A stretch of 63,262 bases of DNA, filler included, from Guillardia theta CCMP2712 (GCF_000315625.1; 5 parts of 5 records of this genome joined end to end with filler, not necessarily neighbours in it), one strand, 5' to 3'. Counted from the first letter of the whole stretch, positions 1-11,816 are shown. Made by a program: numbers and translations. Notes: a model not told the origin generated them from the sequence alone.

Positions 1-162
1 CCAGGAGCAGCAGCAGGGCCAGGAGCAGCAGCAGCAGCAGCAGCGAAAGGGACGGAGCAAGTGGGGCAAGACGGAAATAGGGAGGAGGAAGAGGGGAGGT
101 AGGAGTACAAGCAGGAGCAGGAGCAGGAGCAGGAGGAGGGGTGTGAATTGATGGATTGTCAG

Positions 163-1649
163 GATTTGTGTTCGGGTGTCCCCTGTGAAAACAGGATGTG
201 AAGTTTCTCAACAAGACTTCACGGAGTTGTAAGTCTGCAAACACAACTTGACATCATAGATATGAAAGCAGTTTTTGTCTTGTCTTCTATGATAACTGCT
301 TTCATGTTTTGTTTTTCCCTCATCAATAACTTACACTATTCCCTTCATTGCTTCTCTTTTTCTCTCATCAACGAATATCGTTCTTCGCTCTCTCAATTCT
401 TCATCTCGCCTTCCATTCTGATCTTCTTTTCACCTATCATCCATTGTTTTGCTTCTGCTCATCAAATCTGCACCTGCTAATCTCTCATCAACAGTGTTTG
501 ACTTGTTCTTTCATTCTACTTGTTCTTTCGTTCTTTCAGATGTTTCATCGCACATGTTCCGAGGTGTTTGCATTCGATTCAATCCGGACAACACCTACAG
601 GAGGTAAGATGTTTCAGCAGTCACCCAACAACATGTACAGAGGACCTCTAAGTTGTAGATATCAGTGATCATGTAGATATCATTGAGTATGTAGATATCA
701 GTGATCATGCAAATATTTTGACCTATGTGGAATCTTGACTTGTACATCAGATCGCAGCCTTGTATGGAACTTCTTGGTTGGATCTCTTCAGTTTGAATCC
801 AGCGATAAGGTGAGAGAACTGTCCTTTCCCTCTCTCCCTCCCTCCCTCCCTCCCTCCCTCCCTCCCTCTCCCTCTCCCTCTCCCTCCCTCTCTCCCTCTC
901 CCTCTCCCTCTCTCCTCATCTCTCCGCCTTGCATTCTGTTGACATGTTATCTTCCTCCTTCCCTTCACCTCGAACGCTCTCCTCCTCCTCTTGTGACAAC
1001 TTTCAGCACACCAGACAAGATTGTAGATTCTCAACAAGTGATCAACATCGGTATCATCTGCAGATGTAGTCATCGGGAGTGAACATGATATCTCTTTGAA
1101 CCAGGACACTTGTATACTGTGATCCCCGGTGATACCTTCTCCCGCATTGCTTCGAGATTTCAGACTACGGTAAGGATCATAAACATCTCCGTGAAAGACT
1201 GCGATCATCACTACTACATCTCTACCTTCTGCTCTGATGCCTGCACTGCTGTCGACTCTAGATGTTTGTTGTGTCGTGATATCTTCATTCTTGTTGATAT
1301 CATCATGTTTGTCACGTTCCATTGATGTGAAGTTAGGAGATGATATATCGTGGTTGAGAGATGATATTTCGTGAATGATTGATGGCATGTCTTGGTTTCT
1401 TGTACCTTGACACGTCTCTTTACAAACTTGATATCTCATACACCGCTTCTCGCATATCTTCACAACTTTCCCTGACATCTCAACCCTTCCAGGTTCTTCA
1501 CCTCCTCTCCCTCAACGCAGATGTAGCCATGATGGATCCAACGGGCGATCAACTCCAGGTGGTTGTTCCTCACACCTCTTCAACACCTTGACATGTCATG
1601 CAAGGCTGGTCAGGAACTCTGCATCATATCTTCATGTGCAAACGTCTGA
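163..1649 (+). CDS. 3' portion of a spliced gene ending in two tandem LysM domains
   Basis: Exons 163-228, 540-603, 751-809, 1007-1050, 1105-1169, 1493-1558 and 1605-1649 have GT-AG borders and join in frame: ...CFIAHVPRCLHSIQSGQHLQEIAALYGTSWLDLFSLNPAISTPDKIVDSQQVINIGHLYTVIPGDTFSRIASRFQTTVLHLLSLNADVAMMDPTGDQLQAGQELCIISSCANV*. YTVxPGDTxSxIAxRF...LxxLN...LxxGQxL is the LysM consensus. The start lies upstream of the window. Confidence 0.85.
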
Positions 1650-2306
1650 CAAGTCAAGAACATGACCCAAACACAAACACCTCTCGACAAAAAATTTCCG
1701 GGCTCATTCAACATGTGAACATGTTCGAGGTGTGATGGTAGCGTGAAGAACCAGGATGAGAAAGTTGTTTGCTCTTCTTAATTGTTACTACCAACCAACA
1801 CGATCTGCGCGACCAAATGCACCTGCTCTCTTACATGTTCTCTCTCCTCTGCTTCCTCTCCTCCCCTCCCCTCCCCTCTCCTCCCCTCCACTTCTCCTCC
1901 TCCTCCTCCTCTCCTCTCTGCCCCTCCTCTCCTCCTCACGATCGGATCTCCACGGTCTGATCAACCGCCGGAGCTTTGCTTCCCATTCCCTTTCCCATGT
2001 TGAACTGACGCAAAGTATCTTCACTTGCCCTGCATGCTCAGTAAGAACAATCAACAAGAACAACATGTGATTCCAACAACATCTCACTCACAAAATTTCT
2101 CTAAATCAACATCTCATTCCAGCAACATGTCACTCTAACTTGATCTCACTCTCAACTTAATCTCGTTCCCACAACCTCTCACTCGAACATGCTGACAGTG
2201 ACATCTCAGTCAGTGACATCTCAGTCAGTGATATCTCAGTCTAATTAAACCTCACTCTAACTGTATCTCACTCTTACATCTCACTCTGACTACATGTCAT
2301 TCTCAC

Positions 2307-3561
2307 CTCTCCATCAGCTGCTTGACACATTCGTGATGGCCACCCATGAATGCCATGTGCAACCTGCAAAAGTGTGAGCAGAAATGAGAATCGATTTGGG
2401 GACGACGATCAAAACAACAACAACAACAACAACAACGTCATCATCGTCGTCGTCGTCATCATCATCATCAACCAACCAACCAACCAACAACAACAACTAA
2501 AACATGATCAAAACAAACGAACAACAGCATGAACATCGTCCATAACAATAAAATCATGAATGGACGGCAACATGGACAACAGAAACAAGCAATGAGAGAT
2601 CAGAGCAAACCAATGATCTTGAAGAACCACAAAGAAACCGCATGTCTCATCATTATATCAACATTCTCCATGAGCTTGTGATACATGAAAGTGTAACAAC
2701 GTGATGTTCTAGTTTGCACGCTCATGCACAACACAACAACATCCAACGACATCTTCCAACTTCTTAACCGAACAGCTAACCTCTACATCTGACAACATCA
2801 TCGGACAACATCATCTGACAACATCATCTGACAACATCATCTCACGGGGTCAGCTTGTGGTCGTTCATCAGGTTCACGTCTCCTCCCGATCCCATGAGCG
2901 TCTGAGTCACTTTCAAATGCCCTTCCAGTGCTGCGTGATGCAGCGGAGTGTTCCCTTCCAACCCCCTCACGTTCACGTTAGCCGATCGCTCCAGCAGCAG
3001 CTCAACAAACTCATAGTGTCCTCCCCTAGACGCGTTGTGTAGCGCCGTCCAGTACGTGTCCTTTGCATCAATCTCCGCCCCGCTCTCCAGCAGCAGCTTC
3101 CCCATGCTGGTGTAGCCTCCCAGGGACGCAGCATGGAGGGGCATGATGCCGACGTTGTTCCTTGCCATGAGCTCGGAGCCTGCCTTGATCAAGACCTCAC
3201 CTGCTCCCGTGTGGCCGAAGATCGAGGCGAGATGCAGTGGGGTGTTCTTTGCGTTGGTTTTCGCGTTCACGTCAGCCTTGCATGACACTAGCATGTTAAC
3301 AAGAGCCGTGTGCCCGTTCCTGGTCGCGTTGTGCAGGGCCGTGTAGTCCTTCTCCCCCTTGGCGTTCACCGACACTCCGCTGCTGATGAGCGTCTGCACG
3401 GTTGACGTGTCGCCTGCCAGGGAGGCGGAGAGCAGCAGGTTCTCGGGAGTGATCTCCTTTTTGGGCATGTCCTCAACCTCCTCTGGCTGCGCATCGTCGT
3501 CCACAGCCTCTAGCTTGACTTTTCCTCCTGCCTTCCCCGACTTTGTCTGGCAGCAGCCCAT
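2307..3561 (-). CDS. Ankyrin-repeat protein with N-terminal MGCC acylation motif
   Basis: Exon 1 (3561-2846) has about 6 ankyrin repeats (TALHxA/TPLHxA...G). The apparent stop lies inside a GTGAG donor. Exon 2363-2307 continues in phase (PLHMAFMGGHHECVKQLME). Further exons near 2029-1940 and ~1820 are possible but unresolved. Confidence 0.9.
2787..2842. repeat. 13-nt intronic tandem repeat (CATCTGACAACAT)x~4
   Basis: Directly visible. Confidence 0.8.
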
Positions 3562-4515
3562 GACGCCAACGACTTGAGTGCACTGCAGAGGAGACGACGG
3601 CTACACAACGATCTGATCAACATGGCGATTAGCAACATGTGAGGAGGAATGCTGTCTTCCCTCCTAAGTCCTCATCCACTGTCTTCTATCAGCTGTACTT
3701 CCTTATCGTCTTCATCCTCATTATGTACATGATTGGTTCCTCCTTCGCCCGCCCACTTCAATCTTTTCTCTCGTCCTTGTTATGCTGCTGTCTATCCTTC
3801 TGCTCTTCCTCTTCCTCTCCCTGATCCTCCTCCTGATCCTCCTTCTGTCCCACTCCGTCTACTTCTTCCTACTCCTACTCCTCCTCCTCCTCTTCATCAT
3901 CATCCTCCTCCTCGTCCTCCTCCTCCTCGTCGTCGTCGTCGTCCTCCTCCTCCTCTTCCTCCTCCATGAGTTCATTTCATAGGTCGCTGACTCACTCCAC
4001 CCTTACCACCCATTGGTCCTACCCTCCAACTTTATTACCCCACCCCCTATACTTAGCACCATTGACTTCATACCAGATATTGTACCCCATATTGTACAGG
4101 TAAAAGTACCCCCTCTTCGACAAGATTGTATGGTCCACCCCCTGTAATTGTTGGACCCACCCTAGAAAACTAATCCATTTCGATCTGTAGAAATTTACCC
4201 CTTGCTATAGAATGTGATCACATTCCCCCCAATTACATAGCTATAATTTGAAAATTTAAAAAGAAATTTAAATACAAATCATCATTTGAAAAATACCCCA
4301 CCCTTCCGATCCCCTTCTTCCATGGGGTACTCCCATCCGACCCTTCGATCCATACTCGTAACGGTCAGTGTTATGAATCCGTTACGGATACTAACACTCG
4401 ATCTTCCGGACCAGGCAACGCCAAGCCTACATCTAGCTGCAGCCACTAGACTCAGTAATGGAGCTGGTAATGGAGTCCGAGTCACAGTAGTGACTGGGAC
4501 GAGTGACTAGGAAAT

Positions 4516-4516
<1 letters not shown>

Positions 4517-4563
<47 letters not shown>

Positions 4564-4564
4564 A

Positions 4565-4599
<35 letters not shown>

Positions 4600-4600
4600 A

Positions 4601-4638
<38 letters not shown>
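4517..4638. repeat. (CAGGAG)n hexanucleotide microsatellite running into an assembly gap
   Basis: Directly visible. Confidence 0.95.
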
Positions 4639-5317
4639 NNNNNNNNNNNNNNNNNNNNNNNNNNNNNNNNNNNNNNNNNNNNNNNNNNNNNNNNNNNNNN
4701 NNNNNNNNNNNNNNNNNNNNNNNNNNNNNNNNNNNNNNNNNNNNNNNNNNNNNNNNNNNNNNNNNNNNNNNNNNNNNNNNNNNNNNNNNNNNNNNNNNNN
4801 NNNNNNNNNNNNNNNNNNNNNNNNNNNNNNNNNNNNNNNNNNNNNNNNNNNNNNNNNNNNNNNNNNNNNNNNNNNNNNNNNNNNNNNNNNNNNNNNNNNN
4901 NNNNNNNNNNNNNNNNNNNNNNNNNNNNNNNNNNNNNNNNNNNNNNNNNNNNNNNNNNNNNNNNNNNNNNNNNNNNNNNNNNNNNNNNNNNNNNNNNNNN
5001 NNNNNNNNNNNNNNNNNNNNNNNNNNNNNNNNNNNNNNNNNNNNNNNNNNNNNNNNNNNNNNNNNNNNNNNNNNNNNNNNNNNNNNNNNNNNNNNNNNNN
5101 NNNNNNNNNNNNNNNNNNNNNNNNNNNNNNNNNNNNNNNNNNNNNNNNNNNNNNNNNNNNNNNNNNNNNNNNNNNNNNNNNNNNNNNGAGGAGGGAGGAG
5201 GGAGGAGGGAGGAGGGAGGAGGGAGGAAGGGGAGGAGGGAGGAGGGAGGAGGGAGAACAAAGTTCAGAGCCGCAGGAACACCATGATCTTTGCGAACGAC
5301 AAGTCATGCGAGTCAAA

Positions 5318-8150
5318 CTAGTCAAACCTGTTGTATCTCGAATTCCTGCAGGAGTTGAGGACCATGCACCCTACACACAGCAGGACAACCATTGCAGTCC
5401 CTGCCGTTATCATCGACCAGTTGATAACGACTGGGATCAGCAAACTGAAGGTTCAGGTATCAGAGTTGGCCAAGTCCAACACAGCACAACTCTACCCGTT
5501 GCTCTCGGCCCCTGCTGCCCCCTCTGATCTCCCAGCGGGTCGACTTTCCCCTCTGGCCTCATGCTGCTGCTCTGCTGGCCCCGGCTCCGACGCGAGAGGG
5601 TTGGAGAAAGCTAGGAGGGTCAAGGTGAGGAGGAGGAGGAGGAGGAGGAGGAGGAGGAAGCGAAGGATGAAGATGAGGACGAGGACGAGGACGAGGACAA
5701 GAAGGAGGACGAGGAGGACGAGGACGAGGACGAACTGGTCAAATCACCGAAGCTAAATTCCTCCTTCTTGTTTGTGGGGCTCTCTCGACTGCCTTGTGCC
5801 GGGCTGGCAAACGGCTTGAACCAGTCCGGCTGAAGCTTCTTCGACGGCTGTGCAAGAATGATCGGAACAGCGTCATGAGCAAGCAGCAGGGGTACCGTCT
5901 CGAGCAGAGGAGCAGGAGGCTCTCCGATATGATCCGGCCACTCCACCTGTTGCACGCAAGTTAGCATGAAGGCACGGTCACTGCCTTACCTACCTCTTTG
6001 GACGGCTCCTGTCCCGGCCAGACGATCTTCTTCTTGGAGGAATCTTTGTCCATACCAGGGAACAAGTAACCTTGATCGGCAGGCACATCAGACTCTAGCT
6101 TGCTCGTTCCCTAGCACATCTACCTGGTTTGGGCCAGGCATAGTCAACCTTCTTTTGACCTGCTGCTTCAACCGTCATGACGACGTCGGAACAAGAGCAC
6201 GTCAGGGTACCGGCATCAGCCTCTGCAGCAGGATGAGAGGACTCAGGCGTTGGCCGAGGAGCTTCAAAGGCATCGAAGAAACCTTTTTTCTCCGGCCCTT
6301 TCTGGTTCTACGACAAACAATTACGGTTGTGAAGTTGCAGCATCTTTCCCCCCCAACATACCCAGTCAATCTCGTCCTGCTGGGAAGAAGAATTGCTCTG
6401 GAGCTCCTCTGCCTTTGCTGGACTTTTGACAGACATCTTGGCTGATCTGCTCGGGGCAGAAACTGCACGTACCGGCAACTTCATGACCACCTGTTGCAGT
6501 GTCGAATCAGTTGAAAATAAATCAGTCAAAGAGCAATCGTCAAAGACCGTTTGCCCCGGAACCATTCCATGAGGGACCTGCGGTCAAGGTCAGGATTGAA
6601 CTGCTGGATTGTTCAAAAAATCTCAACCTTTACAAGAATGGGACCATGTCCTTGTACCATCGTCTGGAAAATTCCGTTCTGAACGTTGTTAGGAATCACG
6701 ACTCGGAACCATTCCAGCGCAGGTTTGCTCCCTGAATAGATGGTAAGAGCGTGAAATCCCGATCGTTGTAGTCAAGGTGGTGGTCAGATCACTCAGAAGA
6801 ATTCATGATGATTGTCTGAATCTTTCATTTATGAGTCTCACCGGTCAAACTCTTCGACGCAACCAGCGTCTCCAGCGCATGCTGTTTGAGCGCCGCCTTC
6901 TTCGGGACTGCTGATCTCGCCTCTGCCTCCTTGTCGTTTAGATCTACTTTGAGCCATTTAGCCTTAGAGCTCCCTGGTGTTGTGTGTGTGACAAACATGC
7001 CCCTGTTGCAAACCGTCAACGGAGGAGAAAAACAATTCTCCAATGCTCCTCCCTCCCTCCCTCCCTCCCTCCGTCCCTCCGTCCCTCCGTCCCTCCCTCC
7101 CTGCTGAAAGAGGCGCTGAAGCAAGACCTCAACACGCAGATGGGAGGGGCATCAGCAGAGGGTCCAGGGTGGCCCCAGCCTGTAGAAAGATCATGCTCTT
7201 TGGTCTTCTGTGGCATCCCAGGGTTCCGGCAAGACTACAGTTGGCGGACAGATTGAGGCACACCGGATGGGTTATCATCTCGCAGGACACGCTTGGAAGC
7301 CGCGAGCATGCATTGATGCAGCAGCAGCAACCCCTTGGGGATAAGAGNNNNNNNNNNNNNNNNNNNNNNNNNNNNNNNNNNNNNNNNNNNNNNNNNNNNN
7401 NNNNNNNNNNNNNNNNNNNNNNNNNNNNNNNNNNNNNNNNNNNNNNNTTGAAGATACAAACCCTCCCTCCCTCGATTTTGTTCTTCTTCCATCTCTGTCA
7501 TCTTTCCTTCTTTCTCTATTGCATGCTTGCACTCACCTGCCCGGCACTTCAAATGCGAACAATCCTCCAGCTTGCCTTTGCTTGGGTATCTTGACGAGAA
7601 CTTGATTCTTGCTCAATACTCTGGCAATCGGGATTTTGGAATGCACTTGCTTTGTAGCGCTGACAGCTTTCTTGACAACTTCGGCAACTTTCACTCTGAG
7701 TTTGGTCGAACTCTGAGATTTCGCAGCTGGTTTTGTCGATGCTGTCTTGACATCTTCCTTCTTCGCTTCTTCCTTCTTCACTTCATTCGATAGGTGCTCA
7801 ACATCACTCAGCACATGCTGTATGGTACTCTGCACAGCTGCCAGCTTCTTCTCAACGACACCAGGGGCGTTGCTGCTTCCCTCCGGTGCCTTGGAAGCTT
7901 TGGGTGTGGACTTGGAAACTTCCTCCAGCAAGGTTTTCTTCGCCGCCTTCTCTCCTCCTTCCGCTCCAGCCCTCGCACTCGTTTCAACATGTTTATAGAC
8001 TGCCGACGGGCTCGGGTTCTGCGGCCATTTCGGCTCTGAATTCTTCAACTGCGGCCAGGCGAAGGAAGGTTTCTGCTCGCTAAGAAGGTCGCAGGAGACC
8101 AGGGAGGCAAGGGAGAGGAGAAAAAGAGAGGCTCTGACAGGGTTCAGCAT
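5318..8150 (-). CDS. Predicted type I membrane/surface protein (signal peptide, repeated VxIP/VPxG motifs, C-terminal TM helix)
   Basis: ATG 8150 MLNPVRASLFLLSLASLVSC (signal peptide). Exon 1 ends 7537 and exon 2 is 7002-6842. Later exons give LEWFRVVIPNNVQNGIFQTMVQGHGPILVK-VPHGMVPGQT-VVMKLP. The last exon reads LLIPVVINWSMITAGTAMVVLLCVGCMVLNSCRNSRYNRFD* (stop 5318-5320). Some middle junctions are tentative. Confidence 0.7.
7190..7347 (+). pseudogene. Frameshifted P-loop kinase (AAA_33 / polynucleotide-kinase-like) fragment inside an intron, abutting a gap
   Basis: Allowing 1-nt indels it reads LVFCGIPG-SGKTT-LADRLRHTGWVIISQDTLGSRE-CIDAAAA (Walker A plus the ISQDxLGSR motif). Confidence 0.5.
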
Positions 8151-9006
8151 CGTGTTTGATGTGCCAGCAACTACGCGATTGAACGAAGAATTCCAGGTGA
8201 GAGTGTCAGAAACTGAAAGAAGTAGAGGAGATGGGTAGGGGAGAGGAGAGAAGGAGAGAAGAGAGGAGGAGAGAAGAGAGGAGGAGAAGAGGAGAGGAGA
8301 AGAGGAGCCAAGTAGAGGATGAGAGGTAGAGAAGCGAAATAGGGGATGAGAAGAGGAGAGGAGAGGAGAGGAGAGGAGAGGGGAGGAGAGGGGAGGGGAG
8401 GGGAGGAGAGGAAACAAGTAGAAGATGAGGATGACTCTGAGTCTTCACCTCTTCACTGAGATCTTCTTCCGCTTCTCCTCCCTCCACTCACTCCACCACC
8501 ATTGACGCAAGGTCTCGCCGCCTTGGGGTCTATTTCGGGTCCCATCAACCTAAAAAACGTCAAACAAGAACACGGGCCCGCCTCACCACTTAAAAACCCT
8601 GCCAGAGACTCATGATGAACTCAGTCGGAACAGTTCCGGCCCGCGATCCGATGATCCGGCCGGGCCGCCGCCGGCGGGCCCGGGGAGGCTCTTGTGCGGT
8701 CCGACTGTACTCTTGTCAAGTTCAGAAGTTCCTACTCGCCAACCTGTCCGACGGTCTGATCAAGTGTCGTCACTGTTCTAAGACGGGGCGCCGAGACGGG
8801 GCGCTGAGTCATCCCGGCCTCTTGACTCGGAGTTCGGAATAGAAAGGGGCCGAGCAGCGACTCCTGGGGCCTAAAAGAGCAGAAAGGAGAAGAAAGAAGG
8901 AGGAGCAAGAGAAAGAGCTGAAGGCAGGTCGCTTCTCAGGTTGTATTATTCACAGTGACTTCACTGTCTCCTGACTTCAAATTCAATCCTTGAGCAACAA
9001 GAATCA

Positions 9007-10226
9007 GATCGACTCTGGCTCTTTCAAGCTCGTCTACAAGGTTCAATGGCAGCAGCTACGGTATAGCTGGCGTGACGTGAACAATAGGACGACAAGGAGG
9101 TGAAAATCTTCCAGCAGCTGGGCCGTAGCCCGACCACGCTCCAGCTCCTTGTTATTACAGTCAAGCCAGACTGTGGGGACTTGTGTCTGGTGACGGAGTT
9201 TGCGTCCATGGGTTCCCTGGATGATGGGATCGTGGCTGACGGCGAGCCGATCGGTCTGCTGGTGCAGCTGCAGGCGGCAAGGCAGAACTGCGACGGGATA
9301 CTTCAGCTGTTGCTGCATCAAGTCGTTCATCGCTACCTCGCAGACAGGAACGTGCTCGCCTTCAACCTCCATGCTCAAGACCACCATGGCCGATAGCGGG
9401 TACGGACAGAGCCGAGGAAGAGGAAGAGGAGGAGAAGAAAGAGGAGGAGGAGGAGGAGGAGAAAGAGGAGGAGGAGGAGAGGAGGAAGCGAAGAGGAGGA
9501 GGAGGAGGAGGAAGCGGAAAAGGAGGAGGAGGANNNNNNNNNNNNNNNNNNNNNNNNNNNNNNNNNNNNNNNNNNNNNNNNNNNNNNNNNNNNNNNNNNN
9601 NNNNNNNNNNNNNNNNNNNNNNNNNNNNNNNNNCCATCATCATCATCACCACCACCATCATAATCATAATCATAATCATGGAAAAATGTGCTACTGCTAC
9701 ATGTTGTCTTCTTCCGTCTACTGTGCGTCTGTACTGTGGGACTCCTTCGATATCTCCGCTGAGAACACTGAGTTGAGATTGGAAACCTCGCTCCCTATAC
9801 GATCCACGTGCTTGGCAAGCTCGCTGATCTTAGTCTCCTTCTCATGGAACCACTCGCTCAGCGACTTCATCTTTTCAACGGCAGTGACGTCAACTGATCC
9901 ATCCATGAACCCAAAGTCTACGTCTGGCCCTGGTTGGATCTCCAGCGGAAAGGAGGAGGAGGAGAAAGAGGAGGAGGAGGAGAAGGAGGAGAAGGAGGAA
10001 GAGGAAAAGGAGGAGGAGAAGAAAGAGGAGGAGAAGGAGGAGGAGGGAGCTTGAGTACTGCAGGATCTACAGTACAGCCAGTGCGTTGGATGGCGCCGGA
10101 GATTATCAGGAGGAGGCAGCACTCAGAGAAGAGCGACGTGAGGCAGTACTCAGAGAAGAGCGACGTGTGGGCGTTCGGGGTGACCATTTAGGAGGTCTGG
10201 ACGTGAGCTGAGATTCCGTTCGGAGG
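9007..10226 (+). pseudogene. Degenerate tyrosine-kinase-type protein kinase
   Basis: QIDSGSFKLVYKVQW (Gly loop), LVTEFASMGSL, HRYLADRNVL (cf. HRDLAARNVL), PVRWMAPE, SDVWAFGVTI*EVWT*AEIPF. Carries frameshifts, in-frame stops and a 27-nt tandem duplication (10114-10140/10141-10167). Interrupted by GGA repeats, a gap and unrelated sequence. Confidence 0.8.
9718..9947 (-). other. Orphan coding-like fragment (C-terminal coiled-coil segment of another gene) within the kinase pseudogene
   Basis: LEIQPGPDVDFGFMDGSVDVTAVEKMKSLSEWFHEKETKISELAKHVDRIGSEVSNLNSVFSAEISKESHSTDAQ*, bounded by a GAG microsatellite and a gap-adjacent CAT repeat. Confidence 0.35.
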
Positions 10227-10452
10227 TTCCTATCGGTACTCATGACTTACATCCGCTCAGTGTTTGAAGGACGTTGGAGAGGGATTGCAAAACTCCAACT
10301 TGTATCAGACTCTCTTGGCTGATCTACTCTCAGTCAAGAGTCAAGCAAGTAGCACTGTACGACTATCGCACGGTTGTATAAATACACACAAGGCAAGGGA
10401 TTAGAGGGATACGATATTCCTACCTAAGAAGGCGGACGTCGGTTGATCCTAA

Positions 10453-10716
10453 TTACAATCGGAGGATGTCTCCCGATGCCGATACTATCTCCGGTCGCTC
10501 AGGCCTGGTCAAGAGCTCAATGCAGTACAGCAGTGAGCGAAGTTGCTTCTCCTTCGAAGGCCCCATCTCCTCGCTTTCATTTAGCGCGGTTTTCCTTGAG
10601 CGAGAGAGCGGGGAGAGGTCGTGAAGGTGTGGGCTGTCTGTCGAGCTGTCGTCGTCTGGTAGATCTTGCTCGCTCAGGCTGAGAGCTTCGAAGTCCCGCT
10701 GGTCTTGTGCTTGCAT
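10453..10716 (-). CDS. Small hypothetical protein
   Basis: 87-aa ORF MQAQDQRDFEAL...GDILRL* with protein-like composition, downstream of a GC-rich island; no recognisable domain. Confidence 0.3.
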   Translation of the reverse strand: MQAQDQRDFEALSLSEQDLPDDDSSTDSPHLHDLSPLSRSRKTALNESEEMGPSKEKQLRSLLYCIELLTRPERPEIVSASGDILRL

Positions 10717-11401
10717 GGAGGATCGATGAAGACGACGAAGAAGTAGGAGTGAATCTTTCAAGTTGGGATGTAAGATGTATCAGGAGAAGATGAATGTGTT
10801 TTGGAGGAGGATGTATCAGAAGAGGGAGTAGAGGATCCAAGGAAAGATGTATCAGCCGGAGAGGAAGGTATCGTGGAGGATGACGTATCAAAGGAGGATG
10901 AAGCAGGCAAAGGTATATTGTGGAGGTGAGCAGGGAAAAATGCGGACGACACGTAGTGGGTGACAGGCAACGTAGAAGGAAAATCAGCAGGTCAGGGGGT
11001 TAAGACTTCTTCCGAATGTTCTAGAGTGAGTCCGTGGCCTGGTCGGTAACGTGACCGGTAGCGTGACCTGCATAAAAAGCGATGAAGAGTTTCTATCACC
11101 AGGGCCTGGCGCCCTAAAATGAGCTCCTTTCAGTTCAGTTTCGTCTGCTGCCGTCTGGCCCGCCGACTCTTTCGCGCACCGTTTGGCGTGACTGTCAGCC
11201 TCGGAGTCAGCAGGTCAGAGTCACGACAGTCTGCCACGGACTCATCAGCGTATAGAGTAACGTGACTCAGTGACTTGTCACGTGACTGATCCTGACCGGG
11301 ACGGTCCTTGTTGCACTGGCCACCGTACTCCGTAGCACTGGCTACCGTACTACTGAGGCTTTGAGTAAAGACTGAGGCTACTACTACTAGGTGCCCGCAA
11401 A

Positions 11402-11449
11402 CTTTACTCAAAGTTAAGTTAAAGATCAGTACGAGGACAATCAGGAGAG
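11402..11449 (+). repeat. Dispersed 48-bp intergenic element, copy 1
   Basis: CTTTACTCAAAGTTAAGTTAAAGATCAGTACGAGGACAATCAGGAGAG; 47/48 identical to 26539-26586. Confidence 0.85.
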
Positions 11450-11816
11450 TGCCCGCCCGCGGCTGCTTACTGAAGAGCTCTCTTTACTCAAACTTATTAT
11501 TTAAATAAATATTTCTTTTACTCAAATATTAACTAAAGAATTAAAAATTATCACGGTGGCTATACAGAGGACGGGCCCGGTCCGGTCGGTTGCCGAATGT
11601 TGAAAGGGTGTCACCGCCCGCGCGCCGGCCGGGCTCGGCGATCATCGGATCACTGATATGGCACCGTGACTGCCAGTCGGACTCGGACCGTGAGAGAGGG
11701 GAGGCGGGCTTGGCAAGAGTCGCAGTTTCCGTGTGTATGAGGGGGATGAGTGCTTTCACAGCGAAAAATGTGGGAGGATCATCCCGTTGAGATGCGACCG
11801 CTCCCCTCCTGACCCA

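Noticed and set aside
747-1478. 243-aa minus-strand ORF
   Set aside because: Antisense to the well-supported LysM exons and their repeat-rich introns
3990-4345. CCCACC/GTACCCC-rich intergenic tracts (also ~45530-46060 and ~52520-52990) as TIRs of one element
   Set aside because: Similar composition, but I could not find alignable or inverted homology by eye
4433-5527. Long ORFs with EQ/RS/SC repeats, and similar ORFs at 58361-60183
   Set aside because: Produced by microsatellites and translated N runs
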